Position numbers and translations under genes: made by a program
Notes under the pieces: generated by a model
What the model saw: only the letters and a program-made list of their open reading frames with translations
Database searches by the model: none
What the model was told of the DNA's origin: nothing
From: a virus
Lineage: Duplodnaviria; Caudoviricetes
Length of the DNA stretch: 55,849 nt
Virus record (IMG/VR): IMGVR_UViG_3300001535_000005
Span: 1 to 55,849 of that record
Strand: one strand, 5' to 3'
In this document: piece after piece, positions 35,796 through 45,279 of the stretch
Position numbering within the stretch: position 1 is the first letter of the stretch
Layout: every line of letters begins with the position of its first letter

Positions 35796-36599
35796 ATGAT
35801 CGGCTTTGACTCCATCGGTCAGGCCGCCATTGGCGAACTGACTGGCGAAAACGATACCATCATCTTCGTTCCGGCGGCTGCGGCGGTCACTGTCACGACT
35901 GCGGCTCCGCTGGTCAGCGGCGGCGGGTCAGTTCTGCCGGCTGCTGCTGCGGTCACCGTTACGACTGCGTCGCCTGCGATCCGAAGCGGCGTTCTGGTCA
36001 CGGCTCCGGCGGCGCCGGTTGTAGCCGTCACCGCTCCAGCAGCCAGCGTCCAGATCAGCGCCACGGTCACCGCACCGGCTGCACCGGTGGTCACCGCGAC
36101 CGCCACGGCGCCGCTAATCGGTGCGGGTGCCTATATTGCGGCTCCGGTAGCAAGGGCAGTCACCGTTACGGTATCTGCTCCTGTCGTCACTGCAGGCAAG
36201 TCGGTCTTTCCGCCTGCGGCGGTGGTGTCAGTCACAGCGCCCATTGCTGGGGTATCGATCAGCGCTACGATCAGCCCCGCCACTTGTCAGGTTGTTGCTA
36301 CTTCGACGCCCGCTGAAATCCTCGGTGGCAACTACATCGAAGCGTCGAACACCATCACGATGTCCACGCCTTACGGCGAAATTGGATCGTCGTCGATCGG
36401 TGAGTTTTCTATCGGTGAAGGTGAGCCGTCGTCCCGCATCGTCAGGCGCGGCCCACTGGTCATCATCAGTTGTACGCCGCCATTCGTCACCACCGGAAAG
36501 GCGATCTTCCCGTCCGCAGCCGTGGTGTCGGTGACCGCGCCGCGCCCTGAGATCGACGGCCGCACCCGCAAACTTCGCATCCTTGCCATCGCCTCTTAG
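35796..36599 (+). CDS. Ala/Val/Thr-rich repetitive fibre protein
   Basis: Repeated PAAAVTVT units. Confidence 0.7.
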   Translation: MIGFDSIGQAAIGELTGENDTIIFVPAAAAVTVTTAAPLVSGGGSVLPAAAAVTVTTASPAIRSGVLVTAPAAPVVAVTAPAASVQISATVTAPAAPVVTATATAPLIGAGAYIAAPVARAVTVTVSAPVVTAGKSVFPPAAVVSVTAPIAGVSISATISPATCQVVATSTPAEILGGNYIEASNTITMSTPYGEIGSSSIGEFSIGEGEPSSRIVRRGPLVIISCTPPFVTTGKAIFPSAAVVSVTAPRPEIDGRTRKLRILAIAS

Positions 36600-36606
36600 G
36601 AGTTAA

Positions 36607-36798
36607 AATGTCCCATAAAGTCAATCTCGCCCTCCAATCAAAGAAAACACCATGACCGACCACCAGAACGAAGCACCGTGGCCCGTGCCGACCGAACAAC
36701 CCCAGCAACCGCCTGCGCCGCCGCACGAGGATGATCAGTCCTGGGCCTGCCAAGGCCTTTCGATCGGAGAATGCTAATGTCCCATAAAGTCAATCTCG
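36607..36798 (+). repeat. 23-bp direct repeat of the fibre-gene start flanking a 146-bp insert
   Basis: AATGTCCCATAAAGTCAATCTCG at 36607..36629 and 36776..36798. Confidence 0.9.
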
Positions 36799-38222
36799 TT
36801 CGCGTTCTCACGGCGGCGACCGGTAACTCGACTCCGATCACGCTCGGTGCGGCATATTCTCAGTTGTTCATGCTGCCGTCCGAAGCCGGCGCGATGGACG
36901 GACGGACCTATTCGTATCTGATCGTGGACGGCAACAACTGGGAAATGGGGCGCGGCGTTTACACTGCGTCCGGAACGACGCTGGCGCGCACGACGATCAT
37001 TGCGTCGCGCATCGCTGGAACGCTCGGAACGTCGCGCATCAGCTTGAGCGGAACGGCACAGGTTCGCTTTGTCGATGCTGCCGACGACATGGATGGCATG
37101 CGCGGTACGCGCGCGGTCACCGGCACGACGGACACGCTGAACAATTCCGATCTGGGCTTTGTCGTCACCTATAGCAATGCTGCTGCGGTCGCGGTCTCGC
37201 TGGCGCAGGCGTCGGTGTCGAACCTGTTCCTCGATGGATGGGCTTGCTACGTCAAGAACAAGGGCGCAGGCGCTGTTACCATCACGCCGGCCACCAGCAC
37301 GATCGACGGCGCCGCGACACTGGTGCTAGCGCAGAATCAAGGTGCGCTGATCTGGTCGGATGGGACGAACTATCAGTCGTTTGCGCTCCGCAACGATATC
37401 GGTATCCCTGTTCGGGCGGACGCATCGCAATCATTGACGGCGGCACAGCAGAACCAGGCCCAAAGGAATGCAGGTCTCGCATCTATCATGCGCGGATATC
37501 TTGCGGGCCTAGTGCTATCGACGGCAGGAAGCAGTGCGACGTTCGGTATTACAGCGGGAGTCGCTGCTAATTCGACAAGCGCAGATATGCTACTACTTAC
37601 TTCTACCTATACAAAAACGACATCAGCATGGGCAGTTGGTACCGGAAATGGTGCGCTAGATACCGGAACCGTAGCGAACAATCAATGGTATCATGTTTAC
37701 TTGATCAAACGGACCGATACAGGCGTTGTAGATTTGATCTGCTCGCTCAGCGCGGCGTCGCCGACTCTACCAACGAATTATACGTTATACCGATACATAG
37801 GGTCCATGCTGACAGACGGGTCGGCGCAGTGGACGGCGTTTTCTCAAATCGAGGATATGGTTTATTGGGGAGCGGTCCGGCTTGATCTTAACTCAACGAC
37901 GGTAGGAACGACGTCGCAGCTTGTGACATTGAGCGTCCCGCCTGGGTTCAATGTTCGCCCACTATTCCGGGCTATCGTTCCTGCGTCCCAGAGCCAAGGG
38001 ATCCTAATCAGCGGCCCTATTGAGACTGATGTTGCAGCGGGTTCCGCGTACAATAGTAGTCCAGGTTTCGATAGCGTTGGCGCTACCGGACAGGTAGCTA
38101 GCGCGCAAGGCGCGATATATACAAATACGTCCGGGCAGATCAGAGTCATTGCAGCCGCGACAAGTCAGAGCTTAGCCATCCATACTCGGGGGTATATCAA
38201 CTCTCGCGGCAGGTTTGGCTAG
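36777..38222 (+). CDS. Tail fibre / receptor-binding protein
   Basis: WE.G.G.Y..GTTLARTT N-terminal module; QSLTAAQQNQAQRN linker; WYHVY..R.IGS C-terminal domain. Confidence 0.8.
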   Translation: MSHKVNLVRVLTAATGNSTPITLGAAYSQLFMLPSEAGAMDGRTYSYLIVDGNNWEMGRGVYTASGTTLARTTIIASRIAGTLGTSRISLSGTAQVRFVDAADDMDGMRGTRAVTGTTDTLNNSDLGFVVTYSNAAAVAVSLAQASVSNLFLDGWACYVKNKGAGAVTITPATSTIDGAATLVLAQNQGALIWSDGTNYQSFALRNDIGIPVRADASQSLTAAQQNQAQRNAGLASIMRGYLAGLVLSTAGSSATFGITAGVAANSTSADMLLLTSTYTKTTSAWAVGTGNGALDTGTVANNQWYHVYLIKRTDTGVVDLICSLSAASPTLPTNYTLYRYIGSMLTDGSAQWTAFSQIEDMVYWGAVRLDLNSTTVGTTSQLVTLSVPPGFNVRPLFRAIVPASQSQGILISGPIETDVAAGSAYNSSPGFDSVGATGQVASAQGAIYTNTSGQIRVIAAATSQSLAIHTRGYINSRGRFG

Positions 38223-38265
38223 TCATCATAATCACTGAATATCTGAACTTCTGATCGGAGCTTAA

Positions 38266-39105
38266 ATGACCGCTACATGGACTCCCGACGGCGGCAATGG
38301 CTATGGCTCTGTCGGCATGACGGCTCAAAACGATCCGTCCTATCCGGCGACAGCAATAAGGATCGGCGCGCAACAGATATGGATGCGCAATCCCAATGGC
38401 GGTCCGTCGTTGACGTTCACCAACAGCCCGGATTGCCCGCTATCGAATATGTTTTGCGGGATCGGTGGTCCGCAGATCGACTTCCGCGACGAGGGTCCTG
38501 CCTTTCCGTCCGGCTCGACCATATGGCTCTATCTGACCTATGGACCGACCATCGGCATGCATACGCGCAGCAGCTTGCGCAAGCCCGCCGTTGGTCCCGC
38601 ACTAAGCGCAGGAGAAACGCATTACTGCCCAGTTATGTCGCTGGTGCTCAATGACACAAGCCAGATCAGTTTACTGCTATCGCTGGTCGGAGACGAAGTG
38701 GAATTCAAGAATTTTGCCTACATGCCAATTTGCGGGCCGGACTATCCCGCATACGATGAGCCGGCGCCACCGTCGCCGGGAAACCCACAGTCCATCGATC
38801 TCAGCAAATTCCTACCTGACGACGTGATCGACATTGATATTTCCTATGATCCGGAAATCTGCGCAGCCGGCGCAGGACAGGCGCAGGTCGGCATCGCCTT
38901 TATCGGCGACATGATCTGGATGGTTTATGCGTCTGATGGCCATTTGGGCGACGCTCAGTTGACCGCTCGACATCGTCTGAACGGTCTACGCATCTATCAG
39001 TATACATGGGTCGATCCGGTCAATATCAAGACCGCACCCCATCCATATATCTATCTGTACTTCGGTCTCCAGTTGAATTTCTATACTGTAGCGAACGGTG
39101 GTTAG
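38266..39105 (+). CDS. Hypothetical protein, probably fibre-associated
   Basis: GGAG RBS; lower GC. Confidence 0.65.
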   Translation: MTATWTPDGGNGYGSVGMTAQNDPSYPATAIRIGAQQIWMRNPNGGPSLTFTNSPDCPLSNMFCGIGGPQIDFRDEGPAFPSGSTIWLYLTYGPTIGMHTRSSLRKPAVGPALSAGETHYCPVMSLVLNDTSQISLLLSLVGDEVEFKNFAYMPICGPDYPAYDEPAPPSPGNPQSIDLSKFLPDDVIDIDISYDPEICAAGAGQAQVGIAFIGDMIWMVYASDGHLGDAQLTARHRLNGLRIYQYTWVDPVNIKTAPHPYIYLYFGLQLNFYTVANGG

Positions 39106-39426
39106 CACACTTGTCATGACGCCGGGCCACTTGTCGGGCGGAGGGACGGCGCCGGACCACACGGCCGACCATAGGATCATGATCAAGATGCCACCCTGTA
39201 TCAGTGTGCGCCTGCCGTAGTGAAAGATCGTCGCGAGAAGAACGATTGCGGCAATGACGACACCCTTCCAGGTGGCCACTCCGGCATACAGCGCTCCAGC
39301 GGAATATATAAACGCAGTCACGCAGGCGCGAACGTCGATCAAAGTCATATCTAGATCATCTAGTAGCGATCTTTCCATAGGCGTGTGCGGCTCCATGCGC
39401 GGAGTCGGGATGTGCGGATGGGTCAT
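38986..39426 (-). CDS. Antisense-oriented membrane protein (moron-like)
   Basis: About three TM segments; GGGAG RBS; overlaps the 3' end of the convergent gene. Confidence 0.55.
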   Translation of the reverse strand: MTHPHIPTPRMEPHTPMERSLLDDLDMTLIDVRACVTAFIYSAGALYAGVATWKGVVIAAIVLLATIFHYGRRTLIQGGILIMILWSAVWSGAVPPPDKWPGVMTSVLTTVRYSIEIQLETEVQIDIWMGCGLDIDRIDPCILIDA

Positions 39427-39490
39427 TCGTAATTCTCCCTGTCGCCCGGAACCATAGTCCCGCAACCCAAAGCCGTAAAGCCCGGTTTAT

Positions 39491-39520
39491 GTTGACTTTC
39501 CGCATAAACGCTGCTAATTT
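39491..39520 (+). promoter_or_regulatory. Repeated operator/promoter before the lysis cassette
   Basis: GTTGACTTTCCGCA; TAATTT 5 nt before ATG. Confidence 0.65.
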
Positions 39521-39525
39521 GCATT

Positions 39526-39774
39526 ATGCGCCTAATTGACGACTTTCGCTGGGTTTTGGCAAATGCATGGTCGGTGCGTTTCAACATAATTGCGGCTATT
39601 TTCGCGGCAGTTACGGCCGGAATTGGCGTTATTACGGCCTATCAGGTAGTCCTGCCGATCGGTCCGATCACTCTCGCCGCCACCTGCGGCGTCGCCACGC
39701 TCGGAGCCAGCCTGGCCGCCCTCGCCGCCCGCTTCGTCAAGCAGAGTCGGCCCGACGCGGACGGCAGCGAATGA
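39526..39774 (+). CDS. Holin
   Basis: MRLIDD...AWSVR, two TM segments, AR..KQ; precedes the lysozyme. Confidence 0.8.
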   Translation: MRLIDDFRWVLANAWSVRFNIIAAIFAAVTAGIGVITAYQVVLPIGPITLAATCGVATLGASLAALAARFVKQSRPDADGSE

Positions 39775-40361
39775 CCGTCACCACCAAGCAAAAAGCCCTC
39801 GGGGCTGGCTCCGCCGCGGTGATCGCCGCGACCGTTGCGTTCCTACCCAATTGGGAGGGAATGGACAAGGTCGCCAAGAAGGACATGATCGGCACCGGCC
39901 ACCCCATCACCTACTGCTACGGCCAGACCTCGGAATTTGGCGACGTCAAGGTCGGCACCCACTTCACCAAGCGCGAGTGCGACGAGAAGCTGGCGGAAAG
40001 CCTGCCCTTCTACCTGGTCAAGATCCAGACCTGCATCAAGGTCGCCCTGCCCGCCAAGACCATGGTATCGCTGCTCGACGCCTCCTACAACGCCGGCTCG
40101 GCCGCCGTCTGCCGATCCCCCATGGTGGCCAAAATGAACGCTGGCGACCTGCGCGGCGGCTGCAACGCGTTCGCCGGCTGGTACGTGCGCAGCGACGGCA
40201 TGGTCCGCAAAGGCCTTGTCGCGCGCCGTTCGGGCATTGGTGATGGTCGCAAGTCCGAGCGCGACCTGTGCCTTGAAGGTCTGCACGAGGGGCTGCCCCC
40301 GGCGCAGAAGCCAACCGATCCCGCACCCGTCGCGATCAAGAAGGCATGGTGGCAGAAATGA
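39771..40361 (+). CDS. Endolysin, GH24 lysozyme with SAR-like N-terminus
   Basis: WEG..D..TYCYGQT, YNAG and GLVARR motifs. Confidence 0.92.
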   Translation: MTVTTKQKALGAGSAAVIAATVAFLPNWEGMDKVAKKDMIGTGHPITYCYGQTSEFGDVKVGTHFTKRECDEKLAESLPFYLVKIQTCIKVALPAKTMVSLLDASYNAGSAAVCRSPMVAKMNAGDLRGGCNAFAGWYVRSDGMVRKGLVARRSGIGDGRKSERDLCLEGLHEGLPPAQKPTDPAPVAIKKAWWQK

Positions 40362-40450
40362 CCCCCTATGATCCCACCGGCCTCTACATCTTCCTGCTGG
40401 TAATGACCGGACTGGCGCTGGTCTGCCTCCTGATGAAGGACGAAATCTGA
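40358..40450 (+). CDS. Small membrane peptide (30 aa)
   Basis: Read by hand; coupled at both ends. Confidence 0.5.
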   Translation: MTPYDPTGLYIFLLVMTGLALVCLLMKDEI

Positions 40451-40827
40451 TGTTCGGCGCCTGGTCAATCATCAGCGCGTGGCACCTGTTCTGGAGCACC
40501 GCGACGCTTGCCACGCTGATCGGCTGCGGCGCCGCCGCGGTCGCCATCCTACTGCCCCCCGCTCTGTCTGCAATCACCGATCTCCGCAAATGGGCCATCG
40601 TCGTCGTAGTCTGCGCGTTCGGCTACGGCTTCACCTACAGCAAGGGTTACTCCGATGGTCTCGCCGTCAAGCAAGCCGAGTGGGACTCGGGACTGGTCAA
40701 GGAAGCGGCCCTCGCCGATCAGGACCGCACTGACGCTGTGCGCATTGTTGGTCCTGTGCCTGCCGACCGCCGCGTGTTTCGAAGCGACCCGTTCAACCGT
40801 GACCGGGACGGGGCTGTTGTCAAGTAA
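40450..40827 (+). CDS. Inner-membrane spanin (Rz-like)
   Basis: TM segments plus periplasmic tail ending DPFNRD. Confidence 0.65.
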   Translation: MFGAWSIISAWHLFWSTATLATLIGCGAAAVAILLPPALSAITDLRKWAIVVVVCAFGYGFTYSKGYSDGLAVKQAEWDSGLVKEAALADQDRTDAVRIVGPVPADRRVFRSDPFNRDRDGAVVK

Positions 40828-40977
40828 CCAGCAGCGCGTCGAGACCAAGCGAGCGCGATGCGGCAGGTGGCGGTCAATCCGCTACCACGCAAATACCGAC
40901 GCGCTCGATACGATTCAGCAGATCAGGCAGCACAACCAGACTGGCGTCAACGCCGGATGCTGGCGAAAGGACGGACG

Positions 40978-40981
<4 letters not shown>
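40655..40981 (+). CDS. Outer-membrane spanin (Rz1-like lipoprotein), overlapping
   Basis: LLVLCLPTAAC lipobox-like; QIRQHN...CW; +1 frame overlap with the Rz-like gene. Confidence 0.65.
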
Positions 40982-41072
<91 letters not shown>

Positions 41073-41073
<1 letters not shown>

Positions 41074-41456
41074 TGAACGATACATGGACAATCGCCACGG
41101 TCATTGCGGCGATCATGCTTGCCCTCAACCTTGGCCAGCGCGTGTTCGGCGGCGGCTGGAATCTGTCCAAAAACCTCCAGGGCGTCGAACAACGACTACA
41201 GGCGGCGATCACGGCTTCGAAGAAAGAGGTCGAGGATAAGCAGGACCAGCATTCACGGGAGACCGGAGAGACCATCGCCGCGCTCAAAGAGCACGTCCGG
41301 CAAATCGAGTTTCACTTACGGGACTATTACATCCGCAAAGACGATTTCGGCGTCCATATGAAATCGCACGATGACCTGCTCCGTACCAATTTCGAGAACA
41401 TCAGCCTGCGTCTGACCCGTATCGAAAAGACGCTCGACGAGAAACCGAAACCATAA
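41073..41456 (+). CDS. Membrane-anchored coiled-coil protein
   Basis: N-terminal TM; YIRKDDF; RLTRIEKTLD. Confidence 0.7.
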
Positions 41457-42706
41457 TGGCCGCCGTCCCACTTTCCCACGATCTCGCCGAACAGGCTGCT
41501 GCAGCGTACCGCGCCGCCGGCAACATGGTGACCGCCGAGGCGGCACGGGCGCTGGGTATCCCCTATGACACGCTCAAGAGCCGTGTCAAGGTAGCATCCA
41601 CGCGCGGGCTTCTACTGGACACGCCGGCGGCGATGCCGGGGTTTCGCATCAGTCAGGTGTCGGATGGTCCGGCTGGTCAGTCCGTCCAGCAGAAGCCCGA
41701 GCATGGTGGCGCGTTCGAGTTGCCAACTGGGCACCGCGTCAAGGGCGTCTCAACGCTGCTCGACGCCGATGGCAACAAGATCGTCGAGTGGGTCAAGACC
41801 GGCGAGGATCTGACCAAGACCGCCGACCTTGTCGCGTCCATCCACCACGAGTTTGACCAGTATAAAGGTTTCGCCAAGCTGGTCCCACCGCCGCGGGAGA
41901 CCCATTCGAACCTCTGCAACTATTATCCGATCGTCGATCCGCATCTCGGCATGCTGGCCTATGGTAAGGAAACCGGTGAATCGAACGACCTGAAGATCGG
42001 CGTCGAGCGCGTCGGCAGCACGTTGCAGCGCCTGATCGGTCTGGCGCCGCCAGCGGAGACCGGCGTGATCCTGAACACTGGCGACTTCTTTCACGCCGAC
42101 AACCAGCGCAACGTCACCGAGGCGTCCGGCCACCAGCTTGACGTCGATGGGCGTAACCAGAAATCGAAGTGGGCCGGCGTCAATATGCTGCGCACCGCGA
42201 TCGATCTGGCGCTACAGCGGCACAAGCGCGTCATCGTCAAGAACCTGAAGGGCAACCACGACGGCGACAGCGCCATGTGGCTGAACATCACTCTCGGACT
42301 GTTCTATTCCAACGAACCACGGGTGCAGATCGATCCCGAGGACGCCAACAACGACCACTACTTCCATCTGTTCGGGGTCAACTACATCGGCGCCACGCAC
42401 GGCCACACGATGAAGCCGGACCGCATGTACATCATGATGGCCGAGGACAACCCGGAATACTGGAACGCCTCGCTCTATCGCTGGTGCATCTTCGGTCACA
42501 TCCACCACGAGACCAAGAAGATGGTTGGGTCGCTGCGGTGCGAGTCGTTCAGCCAGCCGGTCCCGCGCGACGCCTACGCGCACGCCCATGGCTATCGCTC
42601 CGCCAGCGCGATGCAGGCGATTACACTGCACAAGCAGGACGGCGAGATCGGCCGCAACGTCCAGAACTTCCCGCCGACGCGCGGGCGCCAGGTGGAGGCA
42701 GCCTAA
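41456..42706 (+). CDS. HTH plus calcineurin-like metallophosphoesterase
   Basis: DPHLG, GDFFH, GNHD, HGH and GHIHH motifs; N-terminal AARALGIP HTH. Confidence 0.85.
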   Translation: MAAVPLSHDLAEQAAAAYRAAGNMVTAEAARALGIPYDTLKSRVKVASTRGLLLDTPAAMPGFRISQVSDGPAGQSVQQKPEHGGAFELPTGHRVKGVSTLLDADGNKIVEWVKTGEDLTKTADLVASIHHEFDQYKGFAKLVPPPRETHSNLCNYYPIVDPHLGMLAYGKETGESNDLKIGVERVGSTLQRLIGLAPPAETGVILNTGDFFHADNQRNVTEASGHQLDVDGRNQKSKWAGVNMLRTAIDLALQRHKRVIVKNLKGNHDGDSAMWLNITLGLFYSNEPRVQIDPEDANNDHYFHLFGVNYIGATHGHTMKPDRMYIMMAEDNPEYWNASLYRWCIFGHIHHETKKMVGSLRCESFSQPVPRDAYAHAHGYRSASAMQAITLHKQDGEIGRNVQNFPPTRGRQVEAA

Positions 42707-42793
42707 ATGCCCCCGCGCGTCCTGCTGTTCATTGGGTTGGTCCTTGCACTGATCACCCTCACCGTCGAAGCCCTCCGGAGCAAGAAGAAATGA
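42707..42793 (+). CDS. Small hydrophobic peptide (28 aa)
   Basis: Read by hand; GGAGG RBS. Confidence 0.4.
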   Translation: MPPRVLLFIGLVLALITLTVEALRSKKK

Positions 42794-43014
42794 CATCAAA
42801 TATCCAGATCAACGTGGACATGGGCGGCAGAGGTACGGTCCTTTTGAATGGGGTCGATATCAGCAACTCGATTTCCGGGGTGAACGTCCGCATTCGCGCC
42901 GGCGAAATCACTAAGGTTTTCGTGTGCATGTCGGCCGATACCGAGATCACGACTGACGGCATTGTCCGGTCCACCGACATGACTGGCAAGATCACCAAGC
43001 GGAGCGCCCGCTGA
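42790..43014 (+). CDS. Hypothetical protein
   Basis: GGAG RBS; LNGVDIS motif. Confidence 0.6.
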   Translation: MTSNIQINVDMGGRGTVLLNGVDISNSISGVNVRIRAGEITKVFVCMSADTEITTDGIVRSTDMTGKITKRSAR

Positions 43015-43208
43015 TGCAAATCGATCTCGACTTCCGCGACGGTAATATGCGCTGTGACCCGGCACGCTGCACCAATGGCAAATGCTATGCGACGAATGAG
43101 TGTCAGGATACGGCACAGGCCAAAACCGTCTACTGCACGCCGTGGCCGCACCTCGCCTGCGCGCACGATGTCCAGTGCGACAACTGCGTGGAGAAGCGAG
43201 TCAAATGA
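43014..43208 (+). CDS. Small Cys-rich protein
   Basis: Eight Cys in 64 aa; coupled. Confidence 0.55.
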   Translation: MQIDLDFRDGNMRCDPARCTNGKCYATNECQDTAQAKTVYCTPWPHLACAHDVQCDNCVEKRVK

Positions 43209-43546
43209 CCAACCGTAAACGTCTAATCGACGCCGACAGCGCCACCCGCAAAACCTACCCGATGGCAATCGGACTACTCGACTATTTCCCCGATGCACTG
43301 GCAGCAGTCGCGCAGGTGTCATTCCAGGGCAACGAAAAGCATAACCCCGGCGAGCCGATGCACCACGCACGCGGCAAGTCGATGGATCACGCGGACTGCA
43401 TCATCCGCCACCTGGTCGAGCGTGGCGGGTTCGATGGCGACCTTCGCCATAGCGCGTCGTTGGCATGGCGGGCGCTCGCGTTACTGCAGGAAGAACTGGA
43501 GCGAGAGATGGGGCTACCGCTACCACGGGGCGCCCGCGCCGTCTGA
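43205..43546 (+). CDS. dATP/dGTP diphosphohydrolase-like domain protein (DUF5664-like)
   Basis: FPDALAAVAQVS..GNEKH, RHL and H...AWRALA motifs. Confidence 0.75.
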   Translation: MTNRKRLIDADSATRKTYPMAIGLLDYFPDALAAVAQVSFQGNEKHNPGEPMHHARGKSMDHADCIIRHLVERGGFDGDLRHSASLAWRALALLQEELEREMGLPLPRGARAV

Positions 43547-43579
43547 CCCTTCCTCCGCCTGTACGCCGACAGTAAATAG

Positions 43580-43610
43580 AAAAATGGGCGCCCCGCCCCC
43601 GCGGCGCCCA
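43580..43610 (-). terminator. Rho-independent terminator (minus strand, possibly bidirectional)
   Basis: TGGGCGCC/GGCGCCCA stem preceded by an A-run; lies at a convergent junction. Confidence 0.55.
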
Positions 43611-43616
43611 CTCCCG

Positions 43617-43814
43617 TTATACCTCAGTCTTAATGCCGCGTTCCCTTGCCAGCGCGAATACCTGCACCTTCACACGTTCAACCGACTCGTGAAGGATGCT
43701 GATGTCGACCACCAGGGAAAGCAGAACACGCTCCGTAAACCCCGCATCAGTGTCATTTGCGTCTCCGGTCGAGACTACTGCACTTTTTTTTTCATTGCCG
43801 TTTCTCGTAGCCAT
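43617..43814 (-). CDS. Hypothetical protein
   Basis: ORF ending just before the terminator; start uncertain. Confidence 0.45.
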   Translation of the reverse strand: MATRNGNEKKSAVVSTGDANDTDAGFTERVLLSLVVDISILHESVERVKVQVFALARERGIKTEV

Positions 43815-44098
43815 CAGTGATGCCCTTTGCACGGGTTGACCCCTCTTTGTATCCGCCCGTATTGAACTAAGGCCATTTGGTGACGAATAAACAGCAGGAT
43901 GTGACGTGGCAATGACCAATCCTGCTCACTGCGTCAAATGGGATACGGTTCCCGACAATTGTTCTTAATTCGGAACAAGAATACGTGATCTGAGGTGGAA
44001 CGGCCAGTTTGCAATGAGACGAAAAACCAAACGAAATCAATTGCCCAAATCCAGATGGTTTGCGGCTAAGTCATTGATTTATCTAAATACCTATCAAA

Positions 44099-44143
44099 TT
44101 TCGATTCCGAGGGCCGGGAGTTCGAATCTCTCCGAGTGCACCA
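44099..44143 (+). mobile_element. attP core: 3' half of a tRNA gene (apparent Arg, TCG)
   Basis: TT-TCG-AT TCCGA GGGCC GGGAG TTCGAAT CTCTC CGAGTGC A CCA next to the integrase 3' end; 5' half absent. Confidence 0.88.
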
Positions 44144-44211
44144 TTGATATCAGTGGGTTGGCTATGGACAAACTCAGAACGGTTTAGCCGGTTTGTAATG
44201 CGGTTTGCGAC

Positions 44212-45279
44212 TTATGTTCCGTTTCCGTACCGGAGATTCAGTTTAGCCATCGCCTGTTCCGCCAACTCAAACCGTCCACCGCGGTAGACTCGAATGATCC
44301 GCGCGACGTCTGCCTCGTTGTGCCCAGTAATGGCGGCGATCTCCTGGTCAGTGCACCCTGCGAGCGACAGCCGTGTGACTGCGGTACCGCGTAGGTCGTG
44401 GAAGCGAAGATCCGCGTCATCAAGGTCTGCCTTGGTAGTTGCCATGCCCCAGGACGAACGCAGCCCATCACTCGTCCACGGTTTGCCGTAGCTGTTGCGG
44501 AGGATCGTTCCATCTGCCTTCTCGGGACGTCGGGCGTCGAGGGCTTCCTTCAGCACTGACCCGACAGGGATGATGACCCGCGCCTTGGTCTTGCCCTGCT
44601 GGAACCGAATGTGAGTGCCGTCATATTGTGACCATGTAAGTTTGATCAGATCACCCTGACGTTGGGCAGTCCACAGCGCCAACAACATGGCGAAGCAAAG
44701 ATGCTCGCTGGCTACTTCGCCGAATGCCTTTATATGTTCCGGTTGCCAGATGATCTCGGCACGATCGACGTGGTAGAGTCGACCACCACGTTCACAGACG
44801 TTTGCGGTAATTGACCCGCGATCCTTAGCTACCGATAGCACACGGGCTAACATCCCCCATGCGTAGTCAGCCTGCCTGTCGCCCCCGTTTGCTGCTATAT
44901 CATCCCGCCATTTTTTGAACATGCCGCGGGTCTCAGGTTTGACTACCAGGTGCAGCGGTAGCGTTCCAAATTTGTTCTCAATCATCTTTAGGTACCGCAT
45001 GTAGTCAATTTTTGTGCGGTCCGCCTTCTTGGTGAATTCACCGGATACTTTATAGGCGGCGATCAGCGAGAACAATGTTCCGGTTACCGGTTTTTTACGC
45101 TCGGCATGGGCCGCGGCATACGCCATGACCAATTCCGGGTCGCCGATTTTCAAAGGGGTGCCATCCGTCGCCTTCAGCATCGGGCCGCCGCGCCACGCAT
45201 ACAGGTATTTGCGCGTAGAGCCGTCCGCCAGAGTCTTACTGGCTGATGCGAGACCTGGGAGGATTTTAGCGCGACGCAT
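44212..45279 (-). CDS. int: Tyrosine integrase
   Basis: TAQRQGD, QGKT, FHDLRGT, ITGH and catalytic Tyr (RVY). Confidence 0.95.
   Translation of the reverse strand: MRRAKILPGLASASKTLADGSTRKYLYAWRGGPMLKATDGTPLKIGDPELVMAYAAAHAERKKPVTGTLFSLIAAYKVSGEFTKKADRTKIDYMRYLKMIENKFGTLPLHLVVKPETRGMFKKWRDDIAANGGDRQADYAWGMLARVLSVAKDRGSITANVCERGGRLYHVDRAEIIWQPEHIKAFGEVASEHLCFAMLLALWTAQRQGDLIKLTWSQYDGTHIRFQQGKTKARVIIPVGSVLKEALDARRPEKADGTILRNSYGKPWTSDGLRSSWGMATTKADLDDADLRFHDLRGTAVTRLSLAGCTDQEIAAITGHNEADVARIIRVYRGGRFELAEQAMAKLNLRYGNGT

Noticed and set aside
33000-39105. Diversity-generating retroelement or invertible fibre switch
   Set aside because: No reverse transcriptase or invertase, and I saw no TR/VR pair; lower GC of the fibre tips fits ordinary module exchange
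44099-44143. Functional phage tRNA
   Set aside because: Only the 3' half is present; best explained as the attP core
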